Below, piece by piece: positions 38,499 to 48,727 of a stretch of 64,000 nucleotides of DNA. The stretch covers positions 36,531 to 100,530 of the forward strand of contig JARRRI010000003.1 of assembly GCA_037380845.1 (NCBI GenBank), read 5' to 3'. Under the pieces are notes generated by a model that did not search any database, was not told where the DNA came from, and saw only the letters and a program-made list of their open reading frames with translations. Both the position numbers and the translations under genes were made by a program. The stretch comes from Candidatus Sulfobium sp. (lineage in GTDB: Bacteria > Nitrospirota > Thermodesulfovibrionia > Thermodesulfovibrionales > UBA6898). Numbering within the stretch: position 1 is the stretch's first letter; each line of letters begins with the position of its first letter.

Positions 38499-38824
38499 GG
38501 CGTCAAAAAATTCCAGTTTCAAGAGAATCCGGCGGGCTCTTTTGATGCTCGGCCCAAATCCCCGCTGTCCTCAAAATCTGGTGCATGAACCCGACTGTCA
38601 TCGACAATTTGGTTCGCTCAGGTTTATGAATAGCGCGTGCAGGACATGAAGACCCCTTTTGTTCCATGTGCAGTTCTACCGGCCGGTGCATTTTTGTGGA
38701 ATACTTATCGTGAGGCAGGGGAAGCCGTGATCGTTTTCTGCCGTAATGTCCCACCCAAGCAGACTCGAAAGTTTCCTGGCGGGATAAAGCGCAGGCCGGT
38801 TCAGGGATAAAACTAAAGAAAATC

Positions 38825-38855
38825 AAAGACCCCCGAAACTTCGGGGGGTCTTTTT
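38825..38855. terminator. Intrinsic terminator between convergent genes
   Basis: AAAGACCCCCGAA-ACT-TCGGGGGGTCTTTTT. Confidence 0.75.
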
Positions 38856-38891
38856 CGGGTATCGCCGGAAGAAGGCGCGGATGATACCGGC

Positions 38892-39356
38892 TCAGGTTAC
38901 AAAGACCGTCGCCCGTTTCAGTTCGTTGAGCTTGCCCAGGAGGTTGTGATGCTTCTGTTCATCCGCAATCAGATAGGAAAGCACATAACGCGTGACGAAC
39001 ATTTCAGAATTCAGCAGAGCCTCGTCGGCAAGCTCCAGTGACCTGGCCTCGGCTGCGAGGTGCTTATTCAACCCGTTGCCCAGCGCGTTCAACTCATCCG
39101 GACTCAGTATGAAGGGTTCCTTCTCGATACTGTCGATCAGCATCTGCTGCATTGCCTTGTGCTTCTGCGAATCGTGCTTGATCATCTCCATCGTCAGTTT
39201 GATGAGCTTGTTGCGGGTCTTCTTCAGCATTTCATCGGAAAACCTGATGGTGTCATCTTCCAGCCTCTGCCATTCCTTCATTACCTTCAAAAATTCCTTT
39301 GAGTTTTCAGCCGGTTTTTTCACCTTGGTCTGCTTTGCCGGTGCTCTTTCACTCAT
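38892..39356 (-). CDS. Ferritin-like hypothetical protein
   Basis: E...IKHDSQKH and E...IADEQKH; AGGAGG RBS. Confidence 0.7.
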   Translation of the reverse strand: MSERAPAKQTKVKKPAENSKEFLKVMKEWQRLEDDTIRFSDEMLKKTRNKLIKLTMEMIKHDSQKHKAMQQMLIDSIEKEPFILSPDELNALGNGLNKHLAAEARSLELADEALLNSEMFVTRYVLSYLIADEQKHHNLLGKLNELKRATVFVT

Positions 39357-39670
39357 AAGTATCCTCCTTCTGAAAATAAAATATCTTAAGCAGCTTGACT
39401 ATGCTTCCCTGCTTCAGGCAAATCAGGAAGATTCTCCCGACTTCACCTCCTCCTTCCGCACATCCGTATTTATATATCAGTAACCCTGCCGCGATTCATT
39501 TTCATGCTATCACATCTGTCCCCAATGTCAAGCTCTTTGCGACGACACCCCGCAACTTTCCTCACAAGGCAGTCTGCTCTTCCGTCGGGTTTTCCCGCCC
39601 TGATAAGTCCCGGGGAACAGGCTCTCGATTGACTGCGTCACCGGCGGATGATACTCTTGGCTTATAAGCA

Positions 39671-40120
39671 ATGAAACGCTTCGAGCTGGTCGATATTTCC
39701 GGTGACGCCGGCATTGTGGCATTCGGCAGGAGTATAAAGGAGCTTTTCGAAAACGCCGCCGCCGGCATGTACAGCCTTGTAACTGATCCGGAGCCGATAC
39801 GGGAGAAGAAAACCCTTTCTGTGGCGGTCGAGAAGGATTCACTGGAAGGGCTTTTGGTGGCCTGGCTAAACGAGCTTATATTCCGCTTCGATGTAGACGG
39901 CTTTATTGCAAAGAAAATTGTGATAACGGGATTCCCGGAAGAAGCCGTATACGCCGGCAGAGAAGTAAGGTCTCTTGCAGTAAGGGCTTCCCTGTCGGGC
40001 GAGGATTTCGATCCTTCCCGGCATGAAGGGAAGTTACTGTTGAAGGCCGCCACCTATCATGATTTACTGATAGAAAAGAAGGGTGACATCTGGCGGAGTA
40101 AGATCATATTCGATGTCTAG
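39671..40120 (+). CDS. Archease
   Basis: DISGDAG, LFENAA, LLVAWLNELIF, KAATYH, IFDV. Confidence 0.92.
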   Translation: MKRFELVDISGDAGIVAFGRSIKELFENAAAGMYSLVTDPEPIREKKTLSVAVEKDSLEGLLVAWLNELIFRFDVDGFIAKKIVITGFPEEAVYAGREVRSLAVRASLSGEDFDPSRHEGKLLLKAATYHDLLIEKKGDIWRSKIIFDV

Positions 40121-40170
40121 AAAGCTCTTTATGTAACGTCGCCCTCAACCGGGGCGAACCGGAGACGCAA

Positions 40171-41616
40171 ATGTTCATGGACAAACTGAAAAGAATCGAC
40201 GAGACGAGAGTGGAAGTCCCGATGGACTACAAGAGGGGCATGCGGGTGCCGGGGATAATATATGTGGACGGCATTCTGGAGAAGTATCTGGAAGCTGAAT
40301 CGGTAGACCAGGTGGCCAATGTAGCGACCCTGCCAGGAATCATAAAGGCCTCCACGGCCATGCCGGATATCCATACCGGTTATGGGTTCCCCATCGGCGG
40401 GGTTGCAGCATTCGATTCGAAGGAAGGCATCGTTTCGCCTGGTGGCGTCGGGTATGATATCAATTGCGGGGTAAGACTTCTAAGGAGCAATCTCAGGAAG
40501 GAAGAAATCCTCCCGAAGATGAAGGAACTGGTAGACGCGCTGTTCGGTGAAATCCCGTCCGGCGTGGGTTCAAAGGGCAGGATGCGCCTCGGACCGTCGG
40601 ACGAGAAAAGGATCATGACGAAAGGCGCTGTGTGGGCGGTTGAAGCCGGCATGGGCGAGCAGTCCGACATTGAAAGGATAGAATCGGGAGGTCGGATTGA
40701 CGGGGCCGATCCTTCACTTGTCAGCGCCAGGGCTTATGAGAGGGGGAGGGCCCAGCAGGGGACCCTCGGGTCCGGGAATCATTTCCTCGAAATACAGTTC
40801 GTGGATGAAATTTATGATCAGAAGGCGGCCAACGCGCTGGGACTTTTCGAAGGACAGATCACTGTTATGATCCACACCGGTTCAAGGGGGTTTGGGCATC
40901 AGGTCTGCTCCGATTTTCTCGAAGTCATGGGCAGGGCGACAGGAAAATACGGGATAGATCTCTATGACAGGGAACTGGCCTGTGCACCCTTCCAGAGCCC
41001 TGAGGCACAGGATTACCTCGCGGCCATGAGGGCTGCCGCAAACTATGCATGGGCGAACAGACAGTGCATCATGCACTGGACAAGAGAGACATTCATGAAG
41101 GTCCTCGGCGCCTCCCCGCGTGAGCTCGGAATGGCGCTGGTATATGATGTCGCCCACAATGTCGCGAAAGTTGAAGAACATATGGTCGAAGGCAGAAAAA
41201 GGAAACTGGTCGTCCACAGAAAGGGTGCCACAAGGGCCTTTCCTCCGGGACACCCGGAACTACCCGAGCATTACAGGCACCTCGGTCAGCCGGTCCTGAT
41301 CCCGGGCGACATGGGCAGGGCATCCTTTGTTCTCCTGGGAACGGAAAAAGCCATGGAGGAGACCTTCGGTTCGACGTGCCACGGTGCAGGAAGACTCATG
41401 TCGAGACATCAGGCGATCAGGAAAGCCAAAGGCAGGGCTATCTGGCGCGAACTGGAAGACAAAGGCATCATCGTCAGGTCTGCAGGCAGGAGCACCCTTG
41501 CGGAAGAGATGAGCGAGGCATATAAGGACGTTTCCGGGGTAGTAGAGGTGGTTCACAAGGCCGGAATATCGACAAAGGTAATCCGTCTCAGACCCCTTGG
41601 GGTGGTGAAAGGGTAA
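40171..41616 (+). CDS. rtcB: RtcB RNA ligase
   Basis: MPDIHTGYGFPIGG, DINCG, GSGNHFLE, HTGSRG, HNVAK, HRKGAT, HGAGR. Confidence 0.96.
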   Translation: MFMDKLKRIDETRVEVPMDYKRGMRVPGIIYVDGILEKYLEAESVDQVANVATLPGIIKASTAMPDIHTGYGFPIGGVAAFDSKEGIVSPGGVGYDINCGVRLLRSNLRKEEILPKMKELVDALFGEIPSGVGSKGRMRLGPSDEKRIMTKGAVWAVEAGMGEQSDIERIESGGRIDGADPSLVSARAYERGRAQQGTLGSGNHFLEIQFVDEIYDQKAANALGLFEGQITVMIHTGSRGFGHQVCSDFLEVMGRATGKYGIDLYDRELACAPFQSPEAQDYLAAMRAAANYAWANRQCIMHWTRETFMKVLGASPRELGMALVYDVAHNVAKVEEHMVEGRKRKLVVHRKGATRAFPPGHPELPEHYRHLGQPVLIPGDMGRASFVLLGTEKAMEETFGSTCHGAGRLMSRHQAIRKAKGRAIWRELEDKGIIVRSAGRSTLAEEMSEAYKDVSGVVEVVHKAGISTKVIRLRPLGVVKG

Positions 41617-41772
41617 CAAGATTATTTCGCCGTCACAAGACCTTTTCGGCTTCCATTTTGCGCTTTCTGCAGCGTTGTGTTAATAATATAAAGTTGAGAC
41701 CGCCGGCATGCCGTATATCCCGCCCGACAACCGGATCGCTCTGCATGTTTTGTTCGAAAGGAGATTTAAACA

Positions 41773-42564
41773 TTGAGATTGAGAATCGGCAAAATCGCCT
41801 ACGAAAACCTGTTCCCCATATTCTATATGCTTCAGGCGGAGTTCGACTCGCCCGATTATGAATATATCGAAGGAGTGCCTTCCGACCTGAACTGTAAGAT
41901 CCGGAATGGTGAAATAGACGTAAGCCCGTCTTCTTCGATCGAATACCTGAGAAACAAGAATCTGTACCGTCTTATAGAAAACAATTCCATAAGCTCCTCC
42001 GGACCGGTGAAGAGCATTTATCTTTTCAGCAGAACGCCCATCGAACAACTAAACGACAGGGTCGTCCTCACGTCTTCTCAGTCGGAGACGTCCGTGGCAC
42101 TGATCCAGGTAATTCTCAGAAAATTCTATGGCATGGACTGCACCTTTCGGTCCGCGTCGGTACCCGTGGATGAAGCGCTGAAATCGGCGGCAGCCTATCT
42201 GCTGATCGGGGACGAAGCACTCGTTGAAGTCCATAAGCCGCGTGACCTGCACATCTATGACATCGGGGATCTTTGGTACCGGAACACCGGCCTTCCCGCC
42301 ACTTTCGCCCTGTGGATAGTAAGGGAGGCTTGCTACCTGGAGAAGCGGGGACTGGTAGAAAGGTTTTCACATGACCTGGACAGGGCACGAGTTGAAGCAC
42401 TCAGGAACCTTGACCGCATCGCAGAGGCATCCGCCATGAGGACTGTCCTGTCACGGGCAGAGCTCGTGGCATACTGGGAAGGCATCTCGTATGAATTCAA
42501 TGAAGAACACAGGAAGGGACTGGCCCTCTTTGAGAGGTATGCCCGGGAACTCGGGCTTGTCTGA
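41773..42564 (+). CDS. mqnA: Chorismate dehydratase (futalosine menaquinone pathway)
   Basis: IGKIAYENLFP, GVPSDLN, SSIEY, SETSVAL, LLIGDEAL, DIGDLW..TGLP..FALW; TTG start with AAGGAG RBS. Confidence 0.85.
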   Translation: MRLRIGKIAYENLFPIFYMLQAEFDSPDYEYIEGVPSDLNCKIRNGEIDVSPSSSIEYLRNKNLYRLIENNSISSSGPVKSIYLFSRTPIEQLNDRVVLTSSQSETSVALIQVILRKFYGMDCTFRSASVPVDEALKSAAAYLLIGDEALVEVHKPRDLHIYDIGDLWYRNTGLPATFALWIVREACYLEKRGLVERFSHDLDRARVEALRNLDRIAEASAMRTVLSRAELVAYWEGISYEFNEEHRKGLALFERYARELGLV

Positions 42565-42617
42565 GAAGTCGCCGGCGTTCGCCCCCGATCGATACTCAAC
42601 CTCCCGCCCGCCGCAAC

Positions 42618-42929
42618 TGGCCGGGTAACATACGGCAGATGGGCAGATTATGGAGGGGGCCGTTTTCATGAGCGATACCGAAACAAGACATAAAGGGCGA
42701 ACTGCGATATTCCCAAACGGCTGATGCGCTGGATTTCGAAATCGCCGACGAGGGTATCAACTTCGACGACCTCGAAGAAAAGCTGCTTAAGAAGGCCATG
42801 TCAAAGTCGAACGGCGTAGTTTCAAAGGCCGCCAAACTGCTCGGGATGAGTTACAAGACGTTCTGGTACAGGTGGGAAAAACTCAACGCCGGGGGGACTG
42901 CATCTAAAAAAGATCCGACATTGGACTAA
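42618..42929 (+). pseudogene. Frameshifted C-terminal remnant of a sigma-54 enhancer-binding protein (AAA lid plus Fis-type HTH)
   Basis: WPGNIRQ at 42618, IMEGAVFMS in another frame, then DIKGEL...LEEKLLKKAMSKSNGVVSKAAKLLGMSYKTFWYRWEK after a second shift. Confidence 0.8.
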
Positions 42930-42940
42930 CAATATCTATA

Positions 42941-43002
42941 GTCAAACCTTTAGTTTTTGTCAAACTTTTAGCTTGACATTTATCTCATACTTACCTTAGA
43001 AT
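42941..43002 (+). promoter_or_regulatory. Sigma-70 promoter with overlapping direct and inverted repeats
   Basis: GTCAAACYTTTAG twice (42941, 42959); TGTCAA-N9-TTGACA; TTGACA-18-TAGAAT. Confidence 0.55.
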
Positions 43003-43173
43003 GCACTTGATTTTGGGGGAATGATCGGGGGTCCCGGGGAAGAACAACAGCACAATCGTCAGATTACTTCTTTCCATTTCTTTATCATATGCCTTCGTTC
43101 CTGGATTCTCCAGCGACGGCACGGAGCCCATAACGGGTCCCGCGAATGCGCAAAAGAAAGGAGGTGAACTCAG

Positions 43174-43515
43174 ATGAAAAAAATATTAGCAATCGTCCTT
43201 TCCCTATTTTTTCTCTTCGGTGCCGCCTCGTTGTCATTCGCGGCGATGAAGCAGCTTACGGGCAAGGTCACCGCTCTCGACAAGAAGGCGATGACCATCA
43301 CCGTACATGGCAGGAGGGGTGAAGTCACCGCCACCATAGACCAGAAGACTAAAATAGTGGAGGGCAAGGAGAAGAAGGCCCTCGATGACGTTCAGGTGGG
43401 AGCAAAGGTTACCCTGAAGTACACAAAGGCCGACGGCAAAGCCGTCGCAAAAAGGATCGTGATTAAAGAGGCCGCTCAGGCCAAAGAAAAGGCGCCTGCA
43501 ATGCCAGGCTATTAG
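43174..43515 (+). CDS. Small secreted Lys-rich OB-fold-like protein
   Basis: AAGGAGGT RBS; signal peptide; TGKVTALD...TITV...VGAKVTLKY..A..I. Confidence 0.75.
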   Translation: MKKILAIVLSLFFLFGAASLSFAAMKQLTGKVTALDKKAMTITVHGRRGEVTATIDQKTKIVEGKEKKALDDVQVGAKVTLKYTKADGKAVAKRIVIKEAAQAKEKAPAMPGY

Positions 43516-43532
43516 CAGCAATTCTTCTTACT

Positions 43533-44182
43533 TTAAATATTCCCCCGGGGTTGATCCGCCCCGGGGGTCGGCATCGAACTGTTCCGCCCGACCCCGAAAA
43601 CCCATAGCCTCACGAATTTCGCGTACTCCCTTAACACCATGTCTCTTTCTCCAGGTCTCTTCCACCAGCCCTCAAATCTGAACCGACTGTCTTCGACGGG
43701 TGCGCAGATCACCCTTACGCCGTCTCCCATCACTTTCCTGAAAATGACCGCCGCCCTCCTGCTGTGGTAAGGGGACGTAACGAGGATAATTGATCTGTAG
43801 CCATGTCTGTAAAGTATCGCCCGAATATATTGCGCAGCCTGCACCGTGGTAGCCGATTTTTCTTCAAGAAGGATGTCTTTCCCGGGTATGCCGAGAGATT
43901 CCGCCTGCAGCTTCATGAGAGCCGCCGCCGTGAACTTCCAGACGAGAGGTCCCCCGCTCATTATAATACGGTCCCTTTTCGCCCAGTCTTCCCTGAAGAG
44001 TTTTACGCCATATTCAACACGCTCTTTTTCCTTTCCGGCAAGTACTACAATTGCGTCGGCCGGTTTGAGGGCATCTTTTTCATAAATATATTTCCCCATG
44101 TGGTCAAACAGGAAAGAGCGTCCAAAAAAACAATGGCGCCCACAACACACAGGAATAATCCCAGCTTAAAGCATCTGCACAT
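43533..44182 (-). pseudogene. YdcF/DUF218 (ElyC-like) protein with a frameshift in a T7 run near the N-terminus
   Basis: DAIVVLAG, IIMSGG, LVTSPYHSRRA, LREY; RBS+ATG 44182 encodes a TM leader that is out of frame by one base at 44124-44130. Confidence 0.65.
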
Positions 44183-44215
44183 GCTTTCTCCCGCAGCACC
44201 ACTCACCCCCGACCT

Positions 44216-45043
44216 TCATGAGCACAGGTATTCCGAAAGGGCCTCTCCCCAGGTCCGGGGCTCATCTATCCCCACGAGCCTCAGCATTGTATTGCCGAGC
44301 ACCGAATACGCGGGTCTCTCGGCGGGCCTTTTGAACTGCCGGGAAGTGACCGGCACAATATCCTTCCTTATGCCCTTCCCGGCCGCAATCGCAACGGCAA
44401 AATCGAACCACGAGCAAACACCCGTGTTGGTGACATGATAAATACCGTACCCCTTCCCGATGAGCTCCCTTATCTTCCCGGCGAGATCCAGTGTGTAAGT
44501 TGGGCAGCCTACCTGATCATTGACGACTTCGATGCGGTCTTTTTCGGAAAGCAGTCTGATAATCGTATCGACAAAATTCTTTCCCTCCCTCCCGTACAGC
44601 CACGAGGTCCTCACGATGTAGAACCTGTTGGTCAGCGTAGATACGAACCTTTCCCCCATCAATTTCGAAAGACCGTAGACACCTATCGGGTTAACATCGT
44701 CCCATTCATTGTAGGGCTTCCTCTTCTTCCCGTCAAAGACATAGTCGGAGCTTACGTAGACGATGGGGCACCCGGCTTCTTCACACGCCATCACGACATT
44801 CCGCGTGCCTATGCCGTTGACAAGATAGGCTTTTTCCGGTTCGGACTCGCACTGGTCTACGTTGGCGAAGGCGGCGGCATGGATAACCAGATCGGGGCGG
44901 GCCTCCCTGATCCGGGCGATTACGGCATCCAGTCTGGTTATATCCAGGGAGGCCGAGGAGAAACCCGCGACTTCCACGTCCCTGAAGGCGCGTTGCAGGT
45001 CATGACCAAGCATGCCGCTGGCGCCGGTCAGGACGACCTTCAT
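44216..45043 (-). CDS. rmlD: dTDP-4-dehydrorhamnose reductase
   Basis: LTGASGMLG, SSDYVFDG, YGLSK, VNDQVGCPT, RPAYS. Confidence 0.95.
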   Translation of the reverse strand: MKVVLTGASGMLGHDLQRAFRDVEVAGFSSASLDITRLDAVIARIREARPDLVIHAAAFANVDQCESEPEKAYLVNGIGTRNVVMACEEAGCPIVYVSSDYVFDGKKRKPYNEWDDVNPIGVYGLSKLMGERFVSTLTNRFYIVRTSWLYGREGKNFVDTIIRLLSEKDRIEVVNDQVGCPTYTLDLAGKIRELIGKGYGIYHVTNTGVCSWFDFAVAIAAGKGIRKDIVPVTSRQFKRPAERPAYSVLGNTMLRLVGIDEPRTWGEALSEYLCS

Positions 45044-46065
45044 AGCGTCATTCTCTCCCCGTATTGAACCCGATAATATTTCATGTACTCGCCGGAGATG
45101 ATATTTTCCCACCAGGACCTGTTTGCGACGTACCATTCAACAGTATCCGCGAGACCATCGTCGAATCCTGTTTCAGCCTTCCATCCGAGCTCACTTTCAA
45201 TACGTGAAGGGTCGATGGCATAACGCCTGTCGTGCCCCGGCCTGTCCTTGACGAAGGTGATGAGTTTCATCATTTCACCGCCGTCCGAACCGGTTTTTTC
45301 CGCCGCTTTTGCAAGCAGTTGACGGATTATGTCGATGTTCCGCCGCTCGTTCCTGCCGCCTATGTTGTATACCTCCCCAGGCCGCCCCTTCAAAAAGACG
45401 GCTGCAACCGCCCTGCAGTGATCTTTCACGTGTATCCAGTCCCTCACGTTTCCTCCGTCGCCGTAAACCGGTATGGGTTTGCCTTCCAGGGCATGCGATA
45501 TGACGAGGGGTATGAGTTTCTCGGGGAACTGATAGGGACCGTAATTGTTGGAGCATCTGGTGACAACGACGTCGAGACCGTATGTTTCGTGGTACGCTCT
45601 GACGAGAAGGTCGGCTGAAGCCTTGCTCGCAGCATACGGACTGTTCGGGCGGAGGGGAGACTCTTCGGTAAAGAGCCCTTCGGCTATGGAACCATAGACT
45701 TCATCGGTAGAGACGTGGAGCATCCTGCACCCTCTCTTTCTTGTGGTCTCCAGAAGATTCTGCGTCCCTACGACATTGTTCTGCAGGAAAGGATAGGAGT
45801 CCATGATGCTCCTGTCCACATGGCTCTCGGCGGCTAAATTTATGATACCGTCGAAGTCGAGACTTTCTATCAGCTCCCTGTCACATATGTCGCCCTTAAC
45901 AAATGTGTAATATGGGGCATCTTCCATACCCTTAAGGTTTTCCAGGTTCCCGGCATAAGTGAGCTTGTCGAGATTGACCGCCTCGTATCCCGGAAGTGCC
46001 GACGCCATATGCCGTATGAAGTTGGAGCCGATAAAACCCGCGCCCCCTGTAACAAGTATCTTCAT
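45040..46065 (-). CDS. rmlB: dTDP-glucose 4,6-dehydratase
   Basis: TGGAGFIG, DKLTYAG, AAESHVDRS, STDEVYG, YAASK, DRPGHD.RY. Confidence 0.96.
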   Translation of the reverse strand: MKILVTGGAGFIGSNFIRHMASALPGYEAVNLDKLTYAGNLENLKGMEDAPYYTFVKGDICDRELIESLDFDGIINLAAESHVDRSIMDSYPFLQNNVVGTQNLLETTRKRGCRMLHVSTDEVYGSIAEGLFTEESPLRPNSPYAASKASADLLVRAYHETYGLDVVVTRCSNNYGPYQFPEKLIPLVISHALEGKPIPVYGDGGNVRDWIHVKDHCRAVAAVFLKGRPGEVYNIGGRNERRNIDIIRQLLAKAAEKTGSDGGEMMKLITFVKDRPGHDRRYAIDPSRIESELGWKAETGFDDGLADTVEWYVANRSWWENIISGEYMKYYRVQYGERMTL

Positions 46066-46556
46066 CAGTCCAGCCGGAAGGGGGATTCCCTGTCGTCTTC
46101 ATACCTCACCTCATCGACCGGCAAGGCCCTTCCCTCCCCCTTGAAGAGACTGTCGGGCATGTTGATCACGATTCCGTCACCGGGCCCCATGTTCTTATAG
46201 GCATGCACTACCCTCGGGGGTACCACCGCCACATGTGGCTTTTCTCCCGTATCAAAACACATTTTTTCACCATAGGTGGGAGATTCTTTCCTGTTGTCCC
46301 AGAGGTAAAGTCTGAAGTTGCCGAAAAAGCAGAAATAATCGGACTGCTCCATATGCTCGTGAGGTCCTCTGGCGATCCCGGGCTTCGTCATGGACACGTA
46401 CGACATCACCGGCCGGAAGTCGATTTCGTCGCTGCGGAAGATCTCGACCAGCCATCCTCTCCCGTCGTTGTGGACGCCCAGTTGCCTGACAATAACCCCT
46501 TCCATATTCCGGTTCTCCCTGACCGGATCGCTTCGACTTTCGGACCGCGCCGTCAC
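46065..46556 (-). CDS. rmlC: dTDP-4-dehydrorhamnose 3,5-epimerase family protein (alternative ATG 46505)
   Basis: DGRGWLVEIFR, RGPHEH, DNRKESPTYG, VVHAYKN. Confidence 0.85.
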   Translation of the reverse strand: MTARSESRSDPVRENRNMEGVIVRQLGVHNDGRGWLVEIFRSDEIDFRPVMSYVSMTKPGIARGPHEHMEQSDYFCFFGNFRLYLWDNRKESPTYGEKMCFDTGEKPHVAVVPPRVVHAYKNMGPGDGIVINMPDSLFKGEGRALPVDEVRYEDDRESPFRLD

Positions 46557-48649
46557 GCGCTCTTTTCCTCCCTGGCCGCATGCCGTTCGTCTATGATTTT
46601 CTGGGCAAGGCTGCCCGGCACCTCTTCATAGTGTGAAAACTCCATGGAATAGAGTCCCCTTCCAGACGTAAGACTTACGAGCTGATTGGCATAGGTAAGC
46701 ATCTCGGACATGGGTACCGTAACCGTTATCTTCTGGTTGCCCCCGGAGGCCGCCTCCACTCCCTGCACCTTGCCCCGGCGGGAATTGAGATCGCCGATGA
46801 CTGCACCCAGGGTGTCATCCGGGGTGATCACTTCGGCCTTCATGACCGGCTCAAGGAGGACGGGCTTTGCCTCAACCACCGCCTTCTTGATGGCCATGGA
46901 GCCGGCGATCTTGAATGCCATGTCAGAGGAATCGACGGCGTGGTAAGAGCCGTCGTAGAGCGTCACACGAACGTCAACGACAGGATATCCCGTTATGATA
47001 CCTTCGTGCATGGCATCCACAATGCCCTTCTCCACGGCGGGTATATACTGCCTGGGGATTGCGCCCCCCACAATCTTGTCTACGAACTCGAAGCCTCCTC
47101 CCCTGGGCAGCGGTTCGACCTCAATATAACAGTCGCCGTACTGGCCCTTTCCTCCCGACTGCTTCTTGTATTTGCCCTGCACTTTTGTCGCGCCCTTTAT
47201 AGTCTCCCTGTAAGGGATCTTCGGCGTGCTCATCTCTATCTCGACACCAAACCGCCTTTTGAGACGTTCGAGGGTAACCTCTATATGCATCTGCCCCATG
47301 CCGGAAATGATCATCTCCTTCGTCTCTTCATCCCTGCTGAACTTGAGAGTGGGGTCTTCCTCCAGTACCCGGTGGATGCTCGCACTTACTTTTTCTTCGT
47401 CCCCCTTGTTTTTGGGCGCCATCGCATAAGATATAATGGGGTCTGCAAACCTGACCTTTTCAAAAATCACGGGGTGTGCCTCATCGGAAACCGTGTCACC
47501 CGTGTTGGTACCTTTCAGTTTCGCCACGCCTCCTGTCTCCCCGGCGCTGAGCGAAGAAGCCGGTACCTGCTTTTTCCCCTGCAGATAAAACAGTTGTCCG
47601 ACTCGTTCCTTTGTGTCGTTCGTAGCATTGTAAACGGTGGAGTCCGCCTTAATGGTCCCCGAGTAGACCCGGAAGAGAGAGAGCTTTCCGGCAAAAGGGT
47701 CGGCGATCGTCTTGAAAAAATATGCACTTAGCGGTTCAGTCTCATCGGCCTTTCTGACGACCTCAGAGCCGTCTTTGGGGTTCGTCCCCCTGACCGGGGA
47801 CAGTTCAGCTTTTTCAGCAGGGGAAGGCAGACAAAGCAGGATGGAATCAAGCAGGTTCGGAATACCGACGTTCTTCACCGCCGAACCGCACGTTACCGGT
47901 ATAAAATTCCCCTGCTGCGAGCCGGCTTTCACGCCCCTTACGATCTCCTCGTCTGTCAGTTCGCCGCCCTCCAGATATTTTTCGAGGAGGGAATCGTCGC
48001 CTTCGGCGATTTTTTCGACCAGTTTCTTCCTGTACTGCGAAGCGGTCTCCTGCATCTCGTTCGGTATGTCGGCCTCTTCGGCCTTTCCTCCGCTGAACCT
48101 GTAAGCCCTCATCTTTATGATGTCCACTATTCCGGAAAGACTTTCCCCGGCGCCTATGGGTATATTGAGGGCTATCGCCTCTCGTTCCAGAACCTTTTCC
48201 ACGCCCCCCAGCGCCTTCTCGAAGTCGGCGTTTTCCCTGTCCATCTTGTTTACGAACACCAGCCGCGGGATGTTATACTCGTCGGCATATTTCCAGACCT
48301 TTAGAGTCTCGGCTTTCACGCCGGACAACGCACTGGCGATGACTACGGCCCCGTCGGCCACCCGCAGGCATCCTTTGGCATCTTCCAGAAAATTGATAAA
48401 ACCGGGTGTATCTATCAGGTTGATCCTGTGCTTGTTCCAGTTGCTGAAGGCGAGAGCCGAGGAGATACTGATCTTTCTTTCGACTTCTTCCGGTTCGTAA
48501 TCGGTGACTGTAGTGCCGTCCTGAACGCTCCCGAGCCTGTCGGTCATTCCGGAATCGAAGAGCATCGCCTCAACAAGCGACGTCTTTCCTGCTCCGCTGT
48601 GCGCTATCACTGCAACATTTCTGATCCTGGATACCTCAAAAGTTGCCAT
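46553..48649 (-). CDS. fusA: Elongation factor G paralog (EF-G2-like)
   Basis: AHSGAGKT, ERKISI, DTPG, NKMD, GMGQMH, KQSGGKGQY, VDSS; not in the str operon. Confidence 0.9.
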   Translation of the reverse strand: MATFEVSRIRNVAVIAHSGAGKTSLVEAMLFDSGMTDRLGSVQDGTTVTDYEPEEVERKISISSALAFSNWNKHRINLIDTPGFINFLEDAKGCLRVADGAVVIASALSGVKAETLKVWKYADEYNIPRLVFVNKMDRENADFEKALGGVEKVLEREAIALNIPIGAGESLSGIVDIIKMRAYRFSGGKAEEADIPNEMQETASQYRKKLVEKIAEGDDSLLEKYLEGGELTDEEIVRGVKAGSQQGNFIPVTCGSAVKNVGIPNLLDSILLCLPSPAEKAELSPVRGTNPKDGSEVVRKADETEPLSAYFFKTIADPFAGKLSLFRVYSGTIKADSTVYNATNDTKERVGQLFYLQGKKQVPASSLSAGETGGVAKLKGTNTGDTVSDEAHPVIFEKVRFADPIISYAMAPKNKGDEEKVSASIHRVLEEDPTLKFSRDEETKEMIISGMGQMHIEVTLERLKRRFGVEIEMSTPKIPYRETIKGATKVQGKYKKQSGGKGQYGDCYIEVEPLPRGGGFEFVDKIVGGAIPRQYIPAVEKGIVDAMHEGIITGYPVVDVRVTLYDGSYHAVDSSDMAFKIAGSMAIKKAVVEAKPVLLEPVMKAEVITPDDTLGAVIGDLNSRRGKVQGVEAASGGNQKITVTVPMSEMLTYANQLVSLTSGRGLYSMEFSHYEEVPGSLAQKIIDERHAAREEKSA

Positions 48650-48727
48650 GGGCTCCCCCTTTATGAAATTTATACAGCAGCGGCAGCGCTTCCGCCGGAC
48701 CGCCCTGCTTTCCAGATCGCGTTACAG

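Noticed and set aside
38503..38826. 107-aa minus-strand ORF or possible ncRNA after copD
   Set aside because: No RBS, motif or recognisable RNA structure
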